Positions 50,238-64,000 of a stretch of 64,000 bases of DNA are shown here, one piece after another (the stretch's first letter is position 1; every line of letters starts with the position of its first letter). The DNA is from Balanoglossus misakiensis (lineage: Eukaryota; Animalia; Hemichordata). The position numbers and the translations under genes were made by a program. A model generated the notes under the pieces. That model was not told where the DNA came from and searched no databases. It saw nothing but the letters and a program-made list of their open reading frames with translations. The stretch covers positions 7,548,844-7,612,843 of the forward strand of contig CM082588.2 of the NCBI GenBank assembly GCA_040954595.2. The letters run 5' to 3'.

Positions 50238-53200
50238 CAGAAAAGTTGAAAACAGAAGAGTTTTTTTACACTTTGTAGTTATGAAAATGATAAATATCTA
50301 GAAAACGTCTGAACAGGTGTTTTCATATGTGCTGTACAAGTTTCTGAACATCAGCAGAATTGGACAAAAATTGTACTACCTTACAATTACACTGAGGATA
50401 TCACATGTAGCAGAATATGTATGTCACATTTAGTGGACGTGGTTGGCTATGATCAAACTCCTTATTAGTACTGGATAGTTTAACACAGACAGTGCAATTC
50501 ACACTTGTATGCGTAATGCAATGAAACTGCGCAAATGGTCCCTGAAGCAGTCGCTTGGAAATTTGAGATGGTCCCTGAACAGTCACTGTGTTGTGAAGCG
50601 TTGGCAGTGAAAAAAGCCTGTGATCTCAGTGGTGTGTGAGTCAGGCCAGAACTTGTCTGGTAATTGGCTTGCAGGTACATGTGTGATGGGTACTGTGGCC
50701 TTGGTCGTTGCACTCTGCACGTATTGTAATATCACACGACACTTTTTGAAGAGAGTGATGTCATCACCCGTGAGGGCCTGACCCTGTCATGGGCTCTTGC
50801 AGGAACTCGACTGAAAAAACCTGGAAAGAGATTCGCGCCACTGAACAACAGAGTATGGGAATTTTCCGGATGTGAAAATCACTTAGGGAAAAAGTATAGT
50901 ATTTGCAGTCTTTAATGGGAATTAAGGCTCGTGAAAATAAAGTTTGCAATTAATTATCAACTAAGTAAAGCGTTTTCCTGAAGCACTTTTTGGCTTAGGT
51001 ATAATCATCTTCAGTCAACTTTTTTCAAACTGTTTTCATGTGTATAACACCTGCTTTCAAATTCTGATCTCATTTATGTCAAGGTCTATATGTTTGCCAA
51101 AACTTGTAGTCATATGTTGAAAGTATATTTTGTTCTAGCAAAGATTGTGTTAGAGGAGTTTTTATGAGGAGGGATTTAACCCTTTCACCCCCAGTTCGTT
51201 TAGAGGTCTAACTTTGCCATAGAAAACAATGCATTTGGACCGGACCATGGTGGTTAAGGGGTTAAAATAAAAATAAAATGGTGTGAAGATCTTGAGAGCG
51301 AATTATTTCTAACACCAAGAGTCTTGAGACGGACTACTTGAGTTACAGATGAAGGCGTGTAATGGACCCATGTCTTCACTTTCTCACCAGGGTTTTTACC
51401 GTGCCTCAAAGAAAGGTCAAAGGTCAGACCCAGTGGGGGCAAAAATCCTTTGTTAACATTTCTTACCCTTTACCTGTTAACAAGCCAGTACAATGGATCC
51501 AGCAATGCTGGGGACATATCCATATATACTCTACCATCAGTGGCACTGAGCAAACCGCAAATATTTCCTTTTCAAGTCTGCATTGAAAAATGTGAAGCAT
51601 GCCTCTTCAACCATTACTGGTATTAAATATTTGACTTGGGTTTCTCAAAATATTTTTAACACCTCTTTTGAAAGCCAAAGTGGTTGGAGTGAGACGGTTT
51701 CTCTTTTCCTGAGACTTGTTTTGTCATCAGATCAGAATGACTTAATGGAGACATGCCGATTCATGACATTGGAAGTGTAACAGCCAGTTTTTCAAGAATG
51801 CTGTTATTTAGTCTACGCCTGAGTTGATACAGGTTAGCTGGCTAAAGCAACCATGTGGTCGTATTCCTGTACTGTATCCCGCAAATTGGTCTTGTCTGGA
51901 ATTCGATCTTTGAATTCCTTTCCACAGATATCGTGCTCCTGAATTGCAAATTGGTTTCTTTCTGCAAGCTTGGTCTTAGTCTTGCACGACATCACAATGA
52001 TGCAAATTTGGCCAGTTTCTGATAGTTTGACAATCTGCATGGAAGCTTCCCAAAACCTTAACAACAAGTTCTCTCTGTCATTTTGACTGCAATTTTGAAA
52101 ACGTGTCATAATTCTATTATTATGCACATTAGCCAACATGATATTAGAATTTCTTGGCAAAAACACTGGTTCTCATGGCTATGTGGTGGTACACTTGTCA
52201 CATGGTCTGCCAATGATCTTTGATTGGCTAAATCTCCATTTTCCATAGACTATACATGTGGCTATACCAGTACATGTATAGGTAAAAGCTAGCCAAGGAT
52301 AAGGGGTCATCTTGTTGAATCAGAACAGATAGCTGAATAAGCTCATCTAATAATATGAATTATATTACTGACACTCAAAATAGTTGCCAAAGTGTGTGGA
52401 AAATGTTGAATTGATTTTTGAATCACTGAGTGAAAATAAATTTCTCATTTCTTTTCCAAAATAACCATATACTTTTGCATTCCTTTTTGAAATCATGGCT
52501 GAGGGCAAGGAACAGTAATATACAAAATGATCTTGAAACACACACCAGACAAACATGTACATTTGAACAGATAAAACCTTTATTTCTAATCTTGTTATTC
52601 AGCGGGTAAATAGGCACTTGAACATTTGGAAACAAAAACACATATGTGTTGTTGTCTTTCCAAAAAAGACAAAACAGGAAAATACATAAACTTTGTATGT
52701 TGGTACTTTTTTATTTTCACATAGAGAAAACGTCAGGAGAAATGAAGACAGTACATAGTTTGGATAGAGTACATACAAACAGGAACCTTTCCCTAATTAC
52801 TGAGATTATTTACATACAATTTGCATGTATATTGATGGAAAATCCCCAGAATATTCCCTGTTAATACAAAAATATAAAATACGTCGTAATATGGGCTTGC
52901 TAGGGTTATATGTAAAATAAATTAAACTTATGTACAGTGGCAATGGACTGGTATATTATAAATAAGTTTTGGAATGTATATGTTAATGGGATGCAGAATT
53001 GTATTTACAAAATTGAGTGTAAGTACACAAGGGTCTACGAGGATATGTATGAGTCAGTTCTTGGTTTCCACTGGTGAATTCTGAACGAGAAAAATCCAAG
53101 TAAAATGGTGCTTCCAATTGTTCCCTTGTCTTTCAGTTTCTGCTATACCCCTTTCACCACCATGGTTCAGTCCAAACCCATGGTTTTCTATGGTAAGGTT

Positions 53201-54122
53201 GGACCTGTAATTGGGATCTGGGGGTGAAAGGGTTAATTTTTCAGCTGTTTTCTGAACACAAAGGGAAACTTGGTGGCAGCCATATTGGATTTCAGTCTTC
53301 GTGCAACATTTTAATCCCATCTCTACCCCCAGTGCTGTTAAATGGAATAGCCCATCATAAAGCGACAGACGGGCCTTTCCATTAAAGATTGGGAACGCAG
53401 GATGGGAAGGTTCTGTAATATCTAGACTTATTGAAAGTACTATGAGAAATGTCATTAAATATATATCTTGCTCAGGTATAGAATCAAGTACAAGAATACA
53501 TAGAAGTCATAATATATATGAGATTCCTGTTCTCTTACATTACCATCTCTATAAATATGTTTTTAGAATTTGACGATCAAGCATTTGATTTCATCTGTAT
53601 TTTGTTCGTTGACTAAAGCTGGGAAAAATAAGAAAACCTGTAAATTGACCGAGAATAAGACACTGAATGGTACTTGCAAAAACTACAAGGAGTCAAGATT
53701 TGCATAGGTTAGATAGACTTGGTGAATTTTGTCTTCACCTCTACATCTCAACAGCTTATCTTTGAACCCATTGGGACTATACCATTACGCTGAGAAATGT
53801 AGGGGTGAAGGAGTCAAGTGTGGAGGTGCGTGAATAAAAATCACCTGACAGATTGCCATGATAGTCAAAAGGGTGAATAAATATCGAATATGACCATTAG
53901 GGGTGTGGACCCTTACAAAGGTTTGTCTTAAATATTGTATGGAAAGTTTATTTGAAGTTTCTAATTTTCTAAAATATATTGCATATAGTTGCTAGAACAT
54001 CTGCATACAAACAGTCAGGAATAGGTTTCAAATATTAGACTGGCTCCAATGTAATGGTAAATACTCAAATGTGGCAAGTTGTGTGATTCTGGTTGTGACT
54101 ATTTACAATTTAAGTAGCTAGA

Positions 54123-57100
54123 CTACACATAGGATTCTTCTGAAAGACTCTGCGAGAGATCGTCTTCCGAACTGAGAGGGCTGGAGTTTTTGGCAGTGTT
54201 GCCGACATGGTTTGTCGGGTACGAAGTCTGTTGTTGTTGTTGTTGTTGTTGTTGAGGAGAGGGGAAATGCTTGGCGATGTACTCGTCACTGTCCTCGACG
54301 AAGAACACCGTCGTGGGTGTTATTCGCTTGTCGCAGTCGCTGCTGCTGCGCTGGAGACATTTCGTCTCCGCTGGAAAGTTCCCTAGCGATTCCGGGTTTG
54401 AATAATGACTGTTGTACGAGTGACTGAGGTTGACCGGACGCGGCCTGCTGTCGTTCGGAGTTGTGCGCAGCACGTGATTGGGTCTACCGCTGTGGATGGT
54501 GCGTCCGCGCTCCAGCGAGGAACCCTTGCGCAGCGCCCCGCGCCTGCTCATGGCCTCCTTGTACGACGGTGGGGCAGTGAACAGAGGCTTGTTCTGCGGG
54601 TCAGACACACTTCTCCTGATAGACGATCTCAGGTTCGAGTCGCGACTGGGAGACGATGCTAGCGACGACGTCGTAGCGTGCGACGGAAAGAAAACCGTCG
54701 GCGGGACAAAGTCTTCCTTTTCGTTTTCCGACACGTTGAGTTTCTGCATTAATCGACTCGGTGTTACTGTCCTTTTGTTCAATTCTGGTCGCGCGACGGG
54801 CGTCGAGCGTTGCACAGACCTCCTTGGCTTTGGTTGGCTCTGACGCGCGACAGTTTTTTCAGGCGAGCCACGCGGAGATGTCTGAGGCGAGATTCGCTTA
54901 GTCGGCAACTGAGGAGCCGAATAGAGTTTGTCGTTACTCCTTGACAGCGCTTTGCTGTGGTACGAATGGTACTGCGGTGGCGCCCCCTTTAACGCTGTCG
55001 TCCTGTCTTCCCCGACGTAGAAGAGCCCGTACGGATTGTTGAATTTCCTCGCCATCTGCGGCGAGAGGATCTTCCGCCGGTTCTCGCTCTCGATCTCCGC
55101 GTCAATGTCTATGATCGAGCTGATGGAGTTACTGCGTCTGATCGTCGTACCGGCGTACGACGGCTTCCCGACCACCTGGAATTTTGTAAATTGTACCGTC
55201 GGGCTGGTGGGGACCGATTTGACCGGGTGGTAGTACCGGGAATCGATCTGCGACTGTTCCTGGATTCCTTCGATCATGTCGTTGGCGAACCGCGGACTCA
55301 ACACCTGCGAGGCGTTCAGCATCTGGAGGTCCGATCCAAACTCCAGGATGTTTTTCCGCCGGATTTCCGATAAATTCATCGGTCGTTTCCACCGGCTGCT
55401 TTTTGGGTCGCTGCTCGTCTCCGACTGGTAGAACAGTTGATTGTGGGGGTGCCTGTTGTTGGCAGATTGAGGTACTGGCGGCGGGGTTACGAGCGGCTCC
55501 GATTGGCGTCGTTCGCGTCGCCCCGGCAACGGGTCGGCCGGCCTCCGTTGCGCGCTCTTGGAGAGCCCCATCCGCGAAGCCTGCATGGTGGGAGTGACAA
55601 TCAAGGCTTTGCTGTCATAGCCAGAATCAGTGGTATCGGTCGTATCTGACTCAGTGTACAGTTGTGAATCACTCAGATGGAGTTCCGAGTCCTTGTTCAA
55701 TGCTGACGGAGACAACTGATTCAAGTACATATTATAGTGCGTGTTGTTTCCGTTGTAGGATATTTCGCGGTCAAGACTGTCCAATGAGTCGTCATCTCGT
55801 CTCATGTATCCTCCTGCAAACACAGACAAAACAAAGAAAGAATTCAAGATTGGGAACAAAAGTATTACACACAGGCAAAGATTCCTCAGTGGTCTTCTTG
55901 CTCTCATATTCCTACCACTGTTACCAATTCTAATATTCTAAAATCCAGGTTTGAATACTGTAAAATGGGCAATTTTCACACGCGATAAATTTTTCGCCAA
56001 CTACGCGAGAGTCCAAGAAACACGTAAATAGAAAAGTTGCGTAAAAATGTTTTTCGGGGATAACGATTCAGTAAAATATGAGAAAGCAAAAATTAATAGT
56101 CATGTAACAGTTGTCGCTAAAATTTCCTGTCACAAAAATTTCCTGTTTTGCAATATCAATTGCTTCAATAAATTTGTTGTCTTTTAAAACGTAGAGAAAT
56201 TTTAATATTTGGATAATCGATTGAATATTGTGATGAGCAATCCTACCTGTATGGTCGGATGTACTATCGGAATCCCAGCCCGATCCGGAATCACTCCGGG
56301 ATCTCATCTTGTTGCCTTTCACCGGAGCATTCCCAAACAAGGAAGTGACATCATCGCCCATGATGGTGGTCACGTTTTCCAACAGGAATTCTACCAGTAT
56401 CGGTACTTTTTTGGATTTTTCAGCCTGAATATGAAAATAAAGTCAAACCTGAGTTAATGTTCACCTCTATGTATTAGAAACCTGTCTACAGTGGCCATAG
56501 AGTCCCTGTGCAATTTACAGGCCACCTGTCTATAAAGGCCAGTTAAGAAAAGTCTTTTGACTGGCTGCTATACTATAGAAAGCTTTGATTATACAATACA
56601 CAACATGATAAGAATCCTCTTTCTTTTATTGTGGTCACTGATGACTGTAAATTTTGAATTTTTGATATATCAAAAAAAGTGAATACATTCTTTGCTTGAA
56701 TGATCCTATATACAACAAAAGTGTCTAGATTTTACAAGGGGTTTGCTTTTTACAAATTTCAATCCCCTCCTGTTTTTACTCTAACCCTTCCACCCCCTGT
56801 TCCCTCTTTAGAGGTCCAACTTTACCATAGGAAACAATGGGTTTGGACTGGACCATTGTGTAGAAAGGGTTAACAGTTGCAAGAAATCAGAGGCTAAAGA
56901 CTGAGACAAACCTCAACAGTTGTACTCGATGATTTGCTACTTGAAGACCAGAGCAAACTCTGGGCAACACAGACCGACAGATTGTACGCGTTCATGTTGT
57001 TCTCCTCTGAATTCTTATCAATATAATACAGGATGCAGAAAAATTGCTTCACCAGTTCCTGATTGATGACTGGTAACTTGTCAAAGATTCTGCGAAAAAA

Positions 57101-60100
57101 AAAATTAAACATAAATTAGGGACTACTAGTTATTTGTTGTGTCTGATTTGACACCTGGTTGCTTAGCTTGGGCTGAAAATTTTTAAATCAGACCAGATCC
57201 AAAAAATTCAAACTAGAACAATATTCACTAATGATCATAAGATTTTATTTCTCATCAACACGGCAGGTGAATTCATAAAACACAAATCTGTCAAACCTAA
57301 GCCATCACCAAGCTGTTTATGTCAAATCAGCTTCGCTGAGTTCTATAAAGTCTGTATATTTTATTTTCAGCAACACAACCACGACCAGACAAGTCTTATG
57401 CTCCATTGACCCTTTCACCCCCAGTTCCCAATATAGAGGTCCAACCTCTCCATAGAAAACAATGGATTTGGACTGAACCATAGTGGTGAAAGGGTTAACC
57501 TCAAAGATCCAATTAAGAATTGTTTTCTTACATTTTCGCTCTGCGTAGTTTCTCTGTACCATTCTCCATCTCACTGCACTCCAACCAACTGTTGTACAGG
57601 TTGCCACACAGTACACAATCTGGCAATGAGCGGAGAAAGTCCTAGAGCAAAGAGAAAAATATATTTGATATCAGAGAATGTAAAATATAAATTACCAACA
57701 TTTATAAATCAATCTGTGTCTAACAAAATTTAATTAAATCTCCATTTAAAGCTGTAATTTTTTGCTGTTTTTCAGTATTTTTGTTTCGTGTACAGTTGTA
57801 TCTCCAGTAGTTTCTTGTCAGCCTTGTTATTATGCAAAATTTGAATTTAAGTCCAGACTAGAATTCATTTGTCAAAAATAACAATGGCCATTACACACAT
57901 ACAGGCTATGTTGACAAGAGGGGTATATTAGCATGCTGTTTGGAGTAGAACAAGAAATTGCATTTGGTACACAGAAGAAAAATTCTGAACATTGAGCCAA
58001 AAGTTATAGCTAGTGTCCCTTTAATATAGCACTGCATACCTTCATGATAGTAGCTGTCACCAACACTGAATAATCCTCAAAATGACATTCCTCGTCAGAT
58101 TCCAGTTTTGCCTTCACCTCTCTGCAGAGCCGGGCATTTGCGGATTTCCGAAAGACACCAGTCAAGAACGGAGCGTTGTGGTAGAGATGCGTTAACAGCT
58201 CTGTGACCACATAGGGCAGTTTACCGTTGATACACAACTGGTTCAGAGCAATGCCAAACAACCTGAGAAGAAAGGTAACACGGTAAGAAATCAGGCTGTC
58301 TTAAATGGGTTTTCACCTCGTGCTAGGGGGTCAAACCACATTATAATAATTGCATTCTGGGTAAAAAGTCGACAACTCACTGTTGTTAGAGATGGAAGAA
58401 ATGATATGTTTATTGTATTCCTTGACTTCCTTTGGTCAAACATTTCTGCCTTTGTAGTTGACATATAAACTCATTAAACTTTTTTCACATTTTTATTTTT
58501 TTCTGTTGCAAAGTATCAGAATGACTGATATCACTTTAGCTTATGAACTCCCATAAACATGGCAAAAATCGGCCATCTTGAAATTGTGTCGAACATGTGA
58601 TATTTTTATCATTCACTTAGGTAGCAACACCCTATTTAAGGTAGGGAAAATTATAGGTCTTTATGGATGAAGTTCATATATTATAAATACCGGTGTGTAT
58701 AACCTAACCATGACGTTTTTTTTCTTACACTATTGTGGAATTTTTACAGCAGGAATACAAATCTTGATGAGTTTGTAAACATGTCAGAATGCATATTTGC
58801 ATACAACTGGTAAGGTTACGCAAGTTATGTTCTCCTGTACGTATCTATTACTTTGTTTTCAGAGAATGACGACTTCATTATGTGTAATCATGCAATGATA
58901 TCACTGAACCATTACAGGTCAGATGCTTGGGGGGTTTCAATGCCCAGTAATTACAGGATTCCAAAGTCTTTGCAACAAACGGATCTTTTGTAACCTGTTC
59001 TACCAGGGTAGCATATAGTCTAACCCCTAATGTTTTTAAATGTGGTTGGATCTATTCAAAGGGAAATAGGGGTGAAGGGGTTAAGTGTGGGGTGCGATTA
59101 AGATACGGCCTTGATCCAAGCACCGTGAGGAGGCATTTCCTATCTCTTTGAAATTACAACACTTTACCCGGTGATGGCTGAGACCCCCTTGAAGCGTGGT
59201 TCAAAATAGTTGAAATACTTCGAGACAAGTGACTGCATCTTACCTGGACGACGTGCCACCATCCACGATGTCGCTGTTCTTGCTCGTACTTCTGCGAAAC
59301 TTGAAGTTAATCAAGGATGACTTCTTGGATTTCTTGAATCTTTTCTGGGCTGAGTTCACATCTGAAAGCAAGATTTACCAGGATTTTAAAATCAGCTGGA
59401 TGCAATTTTCTTATTTCTCAATATTTCCACATTTCTCTAGTTTCAATACAGTCAAAGCTGTCTATAGTGGCCAGTGAAGGGACTTTCCTAAACTGGCCGT
59501 CAATTAATGTACCTGGTACATGTTAATTGCACAGGGACTGTAACAAAGTGACCACTATATAGAGGTGGTCCCTAACAGGTTTGACTGTACATCTTTGGAG
59601 ACGAGTTTGACTACAAAATATTTGTTCAGATTAACCTCTTGCAGAGTAACATATTTTTGGCAAAAATGAAAATCTGAACTACATGTACCTCCCCAGTAGG
59701 TCGAAATTATGGCACCAAAATTTCATTTGTGAATTCTTGTTAAAAACTGGCCCACTTAAATGTTCAATGGATCATCCATCAAAAACAGCAACAGAACATG
59801 ATATGCAAAGACCACTAGGAGTGTACCACCTTTGGAATTCAAGATCTGATAATATTACTACTCACCAAGGTTTAATCTGCTGGCTGCTTGCCTGGTCATC
59901 TTGAGTATGAACTGACAGCTGACAGCTTCAGTAAAGTTGTCAATGTTGCTGTTGAGATCCGAGATTGCGGATTCACAGCTGTGAAGGGCATCGCGTACGT
60001 GATTCATATGGATTTCGTACGGAATCTCATGTCCTGTTGTTGAAGAAATAAAAGTAACATGTTGTTACAGAGAGTGTGGACTCTTCTGATATTATTAGAA

Positions 60101-63100
60101 ATACGGCATTAAAGGTATACGGTCACCTATGCAAATTTAGCTACAGTTACCATGGTAAATTGAGATCTAGCCAATCAGTGGGTGGCACACACAAAAAAGA
60201 GCGCCACCATATGTTCTTTAGAACACTCAAATATGCAATTTCAGCCATATTTGGGCGTATGTAAATTGGAGGTGACCGTGTACCTTTAACACTTACACCC
60301 CCAGTTCCCTCTTTAGAGGTCCAACTTTACCATAGAAAACAATGGAATTGGACCAAACCATAGTAATGGAAGGGGTTATGCTTACCAATGAGGGGATAAA
60401 GAGTATCTTCCTTCCCGGATTGCACCCAAAGTTGAAAATCTGTCGGTTGACAATCATTGATTTTGAACTGTTCCAATGACAGTCGAATCAATTCATTAGC
60501 ATCGTCACTGTTGCATACTGGGATCTGCTTACTCTGTGGATCGAGAGACAAAAAAGTCGCCACAATGAATACAGTTGTTGGCAATAGAATGCGCGACTTC
60601 CCAGTGACCTGAAGTTCTCAAGCACGTACGCTTTGTTCTTTTGTGTGCTCCACATCGATCTTTCCACACGTATGAACTGAGACAACTTAGAAAGCCTGTT
60701 TTGACAATTCACTAGCATCTCATTGTTAGATTAACACAAAGTTTATTTACACAATCCTTTCAGAGGCTCACGACAGTATACGACCAACCGACACTCAAAA
60801 GACCGGCAAATATGCAAGACGGATAACATCCATCTTTGACACTTCCGTCGATTGTACTATCATTACGTTTTATACATCGGATAATGGCACGGTTCCATGG
60901 CCTTTAGAACACGAACAAACATAAAACAAGCTTTGTTGTGTATCGGTATTACTTCAAAACAAGACCCCCCCCCTTCCCTGGTCAGTACCAGATATGTCCG
61001 CTGAACACAGATCCCATCAAACAATGTTTTGTGACAACTGTGCAAAACAATATGCAGTCCTTCACATCAAAAAATCTCTCTAAGTACTGGTACCCATTAT
61101 AGCTTGAATTCACTCCATTCACAACCAGCTTTTGCAAGTTTTCTTTGCATACTCTACACAATTGAAGTAATTCTGACTACAAATGCAAGAATAACTAAAA
61201 TTTGTCCATTTGCAAAACTACAGAAAATTAAATAGCAAAAACAAAAATTCTCACATTCATGTGAAAATACTTGACAAGCACAAAAGAGAATTTACTTACA
61301 CATGAATAACAATTCAAGTCATTGTTAATCACTTTCAGATTCAAGATCCTTGGTTCTTCCTTTCTGCGTTCTTCTGTGATATACCTGGAAGAAAAAAGAA
61401 CTCTGTTACAAAAGGCCCTCTGATTTTTTCTTATACAGATTTTGCCTTGGGATGCTGCAGTTTTGCATTACAATGACGGCAATGTGAAGTCCTTGAGTCA
61501 ACCACTATTCCACTTAAGATCTGTGAAATCTCACACGGTGGTATAACGCTAATGCGATCAAAGATGTATATGGCTATTCGAAGACTTTGAACTTTTCTAC
61601 TTGACCTATCAAACATTAGCCTTTTGTATCGGCTGTCTTTTTTGTTTGCAGTTTCGAGGCAAACGTCTTTAAAGTCATTGTACGTTTCCAGCTAAACATA
61701 TCTACTGATCACAGGGAGAGGGACACATTGGACCCGATCTTTTGTTTTCCGATAAATAGTTTCGTTCTACAGACATTTCAGGTTCTATTGTTTTCTCGTA
61801 TAGAAGTGCCCAGGGTCCTGGGACTCCATCTTTAAATTTACCAGAAATGCGGTTCTTATTAAACCCTTGAATTCAATATTTTTCATGTCACTTCTCAAAA
61901 ACTTTTCAAAGGACTGAGAAAACAATCTGACTAGTAATAGTATAGCCAGCGGGCATCATCATTTATGAAAGTGTACCTGTATGACCTCTAACCCCGAGCG
62001 CGACCTGTGACCCTAGCAACGCACACATCGTGAAACTGACTTACTTGTTAATCATGCTATTCCACAGCTGCCTGAGATCGGCCGACGGAAAGGTGACCAC
62101 AAAATTGGTGGTGGGCCATCCCAGGACAAAGGACTTCTCCCGTGATTTGTTGGACTCGCAGACCTCGTCCAGGCAGCAGGCCGTCCAGAGCTCGCTCACC
62201 CGTACTTTTTGCTTCAGCCGGAATGTAGTACCTGATCTGCGAAAGCGAGAAGACAAAAGCGGTGAGACGACTTCGACGAGCAGCGTCTACGTGATGCGCA
62301 ACACGAAGTCCGCACCGCGAAACATCATCCCCCCCCCCACATGTAAGAAATTCAATAAACATTTAGTAAAAGAAACCCGGGTCTTGTCAATAAAAGACCA
62401 TTGATCCGCACACAGAATGGGATTTGAGATGCATGTTTTAGCAGCCATTGAAGAGTGTTTCTTTGTTGATGCCAATTGTACTGGCCCTAAACAGCACCGC
62501 AGTGTTGAGACGCTCTATTTCATTTCATTTACCAGACAACAATATCTGGGTCAGCTTGGACTTTTTTAACCCTATCACCCCCATTTCCCTGTATAGAGGT
62601 CCAACTTTACCATAGACGACAATTGGTTTGGACCAAACCATGGTGGTGAAAAGGTACACACAAATACAACAAAGGTAATGCCAGAGTGAGTCAACTCTCT
62701 GCTTGTGTCAGGTTCAAATTTTTAAAAGTAGGTTGATGACCAGTTGAAACAGAGAAATTTTGACAAAACACTTCTATATTATCAGTAATTTTTGGAGTAT
62801 TTCTTTGAACCCTCATGGCAAGTTTAATTTACAGCATTTAGAATGAGAATGGATGATCAAATAAATGAAAAAAATATTGGATTGTTCACCCTTTCACCAC
62901 CATGGTTCAGTCCAAACCCATTGTTTTCTATGGTAAGGTTGGACCTCTATCGATAGAACTGGGGGTGGAAGGGTTAATTGAATCCAAAGCTAACACCAAA
63001 CTGCGTGTGGAATTTACTGAGCTTGTCATCAGAAGTGATCTATTCCTGCTTTTTTGTATAATTACGTACAAAGAAGCAATATTACTTACTTGGTTTTTGC

Positions 63101-63230
63101 GATAAGCAAGACATCATTGAAAAGGAAGAAGTATCTGTCTTGGGCTTGCATTCCAGTGGTAAGTTGCACGGGCCCTTCCATGACATATGTCCTGTTAATC
63201 GGTTCATGAGGACTTGTCTTGTCTGTTGCA
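54123..63230 (-). CDS. ARHGAP20: ARHGAP20/TAGAP-like RhoGAP (PH, RA, RhoGAP domains, long disordered tail); 5' part outside the window
   Basis: Exons 63230-63090, 62236-62045, 61384-61300, 60533-60386, 60033-59866, 59361-59244, 58262-58040, 57641-57532, 57089-56912, 56424-56247, 55813-54123, phase-consistent. PH (RYFFLFNDVLLIAK, SFVLGWPTTNFVVTF), RA (FQLWVQSGKEDTLYPLIGHE), GAP (GVFRKSANARLCRE, DFLRSLP, NNMNAYNLSVCVAQSLLW). Confidence 0.88.
59447..59589. mobile_element. pogo/Tigger-like MITE
   Basis: TA|CAGTCAAAGCTG ... CAGGTTTGACTG|TA; related fragments ~48542 and ~56478-56590. Confidence 0.6.
60109..60289. mobile_element. Kolobok-like MITE family B, copy 4 (inverted)
   Basis: Reverse complement of 751-949 with TTAA flanks. 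Confidence 0.8.
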
Positions 63231-64000
63231 CTGCAAGGAAATGTGAAGCTATAAAGATCAGTATTCATGTTTGTCTTTTACAACATTTCTCATTTTTATG
63301 CATGTTTCTTTAAATTTTTTACTTTATTTTAGACCAAATGAACATAATTTTCCAACGTCTATACGTCTTAATCAAAATTTTTGACAAAATGTCGAAAAAG
63401 TTATGAAGGTTAATTTTTTGAAAGTTGACGACAAGTTGACTTTGCCATTGAAAGGGCCATTTTTTCTGTAAAATGGCAAAGGTCTTGCTTCTCATGGTTT
63501 ACTGCCATTCCTTATCCATGGAAAGAGTATAGACTGAATTTGCTGAGGGACTGTGATCTACATTTAACCCTTTCACCACAATGGTTCAGTCCAACCCCAT
63601 TGTTTGTTGGATCCTCTAAAGAGGGAACTGGGGGTGAAAGGGTTAAACACCCGGATAACCTAATTGTGGCTACTGCAAATCTTGTTATGCTCACAATACA
63701 TAAAACACCCAATCTCGACAGGTAAATATTAGGCAATATTTAAGTTGTTTAGAAACCATTTTGCTGACGAGTATTTCCACCGAAGTATCTGAATGGAAAT
63801 GAGACCGACAACTGACGACACATGCTGTAGAAAACAATCTAAATTAAAGCTGCAAGCAGCGTTGAAGGGGCCCAAGCATAGAGTTAATAACCATTAGACT
63901 CCATTCAGGGTTGTACCATTCAAATGCGTAGGCTGTATTTGCTCTGGATGTGGAGATATGGGGAAGTAGGCAACCACCCGAAATGGATGTCTTACAAATA

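Noticed and set aside
54212-55649. Plus-strand ORFs opposite the RhoGAP last exon (and similar ones opposite LCA5 and ashwin exons)
   Set aside because: Antisense shadows of GC-rich coding exons without independent support.
59168-59187. Possible RhoGAP micro-exon (GSQPSPG)
   Set aside because: 20 nt would shift the frame and the upstream intron would be only ~55 nt; 59244>58262 already splices in phase.
1-64000. tRNA, rRNA, snoRNA genes or an intact transposase/reverse transcriptase
   Set aside because: None recognised by eye; tRNAscan-SE, Infernal/Rfam and a repeat-protein HMM scan would be needed to exclude them.

Overview
AT-rich, intron-rich animal genomic DNA; gene set and repeat style suggest an invertebrate deuterostome (inference). 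Six spliced protein-coding genes were reconstructed by hand from GT-AG junctions and codon phase: an NHS/GUK-holder-family gene (-, only coding exon 1 in the window, intron >14 kb), ashwin (-), PSMG1 (+), lebercilin LCA5/LCA5L (-), SH3BGR/SH3BGRL (+) and an ARHGAP20/TAGAP-like RhoGAP (-, 5' end outside the window). Ashwin/PSMG1 and LCA5/SH3BGR are head-to-head pairs. Introns and intergenic DNA hold many non-autonomous DNA transposons. Highlights: a hidden duplicated last exon of SH3BGR, two paralogous 57-nt micro-exons in LCA5, strong enrichment of TACATGTA with direct evidence that it arises by 6-bp insertion at TA (Tc1-type excision footprint), and an internally deleted Kolobok-like element with convergent THAP and possible KolX gene starts. 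No rRNA, tRNA or CRISPR array was recognised. Family assignments come from recalled sequence similarity, not database searches.
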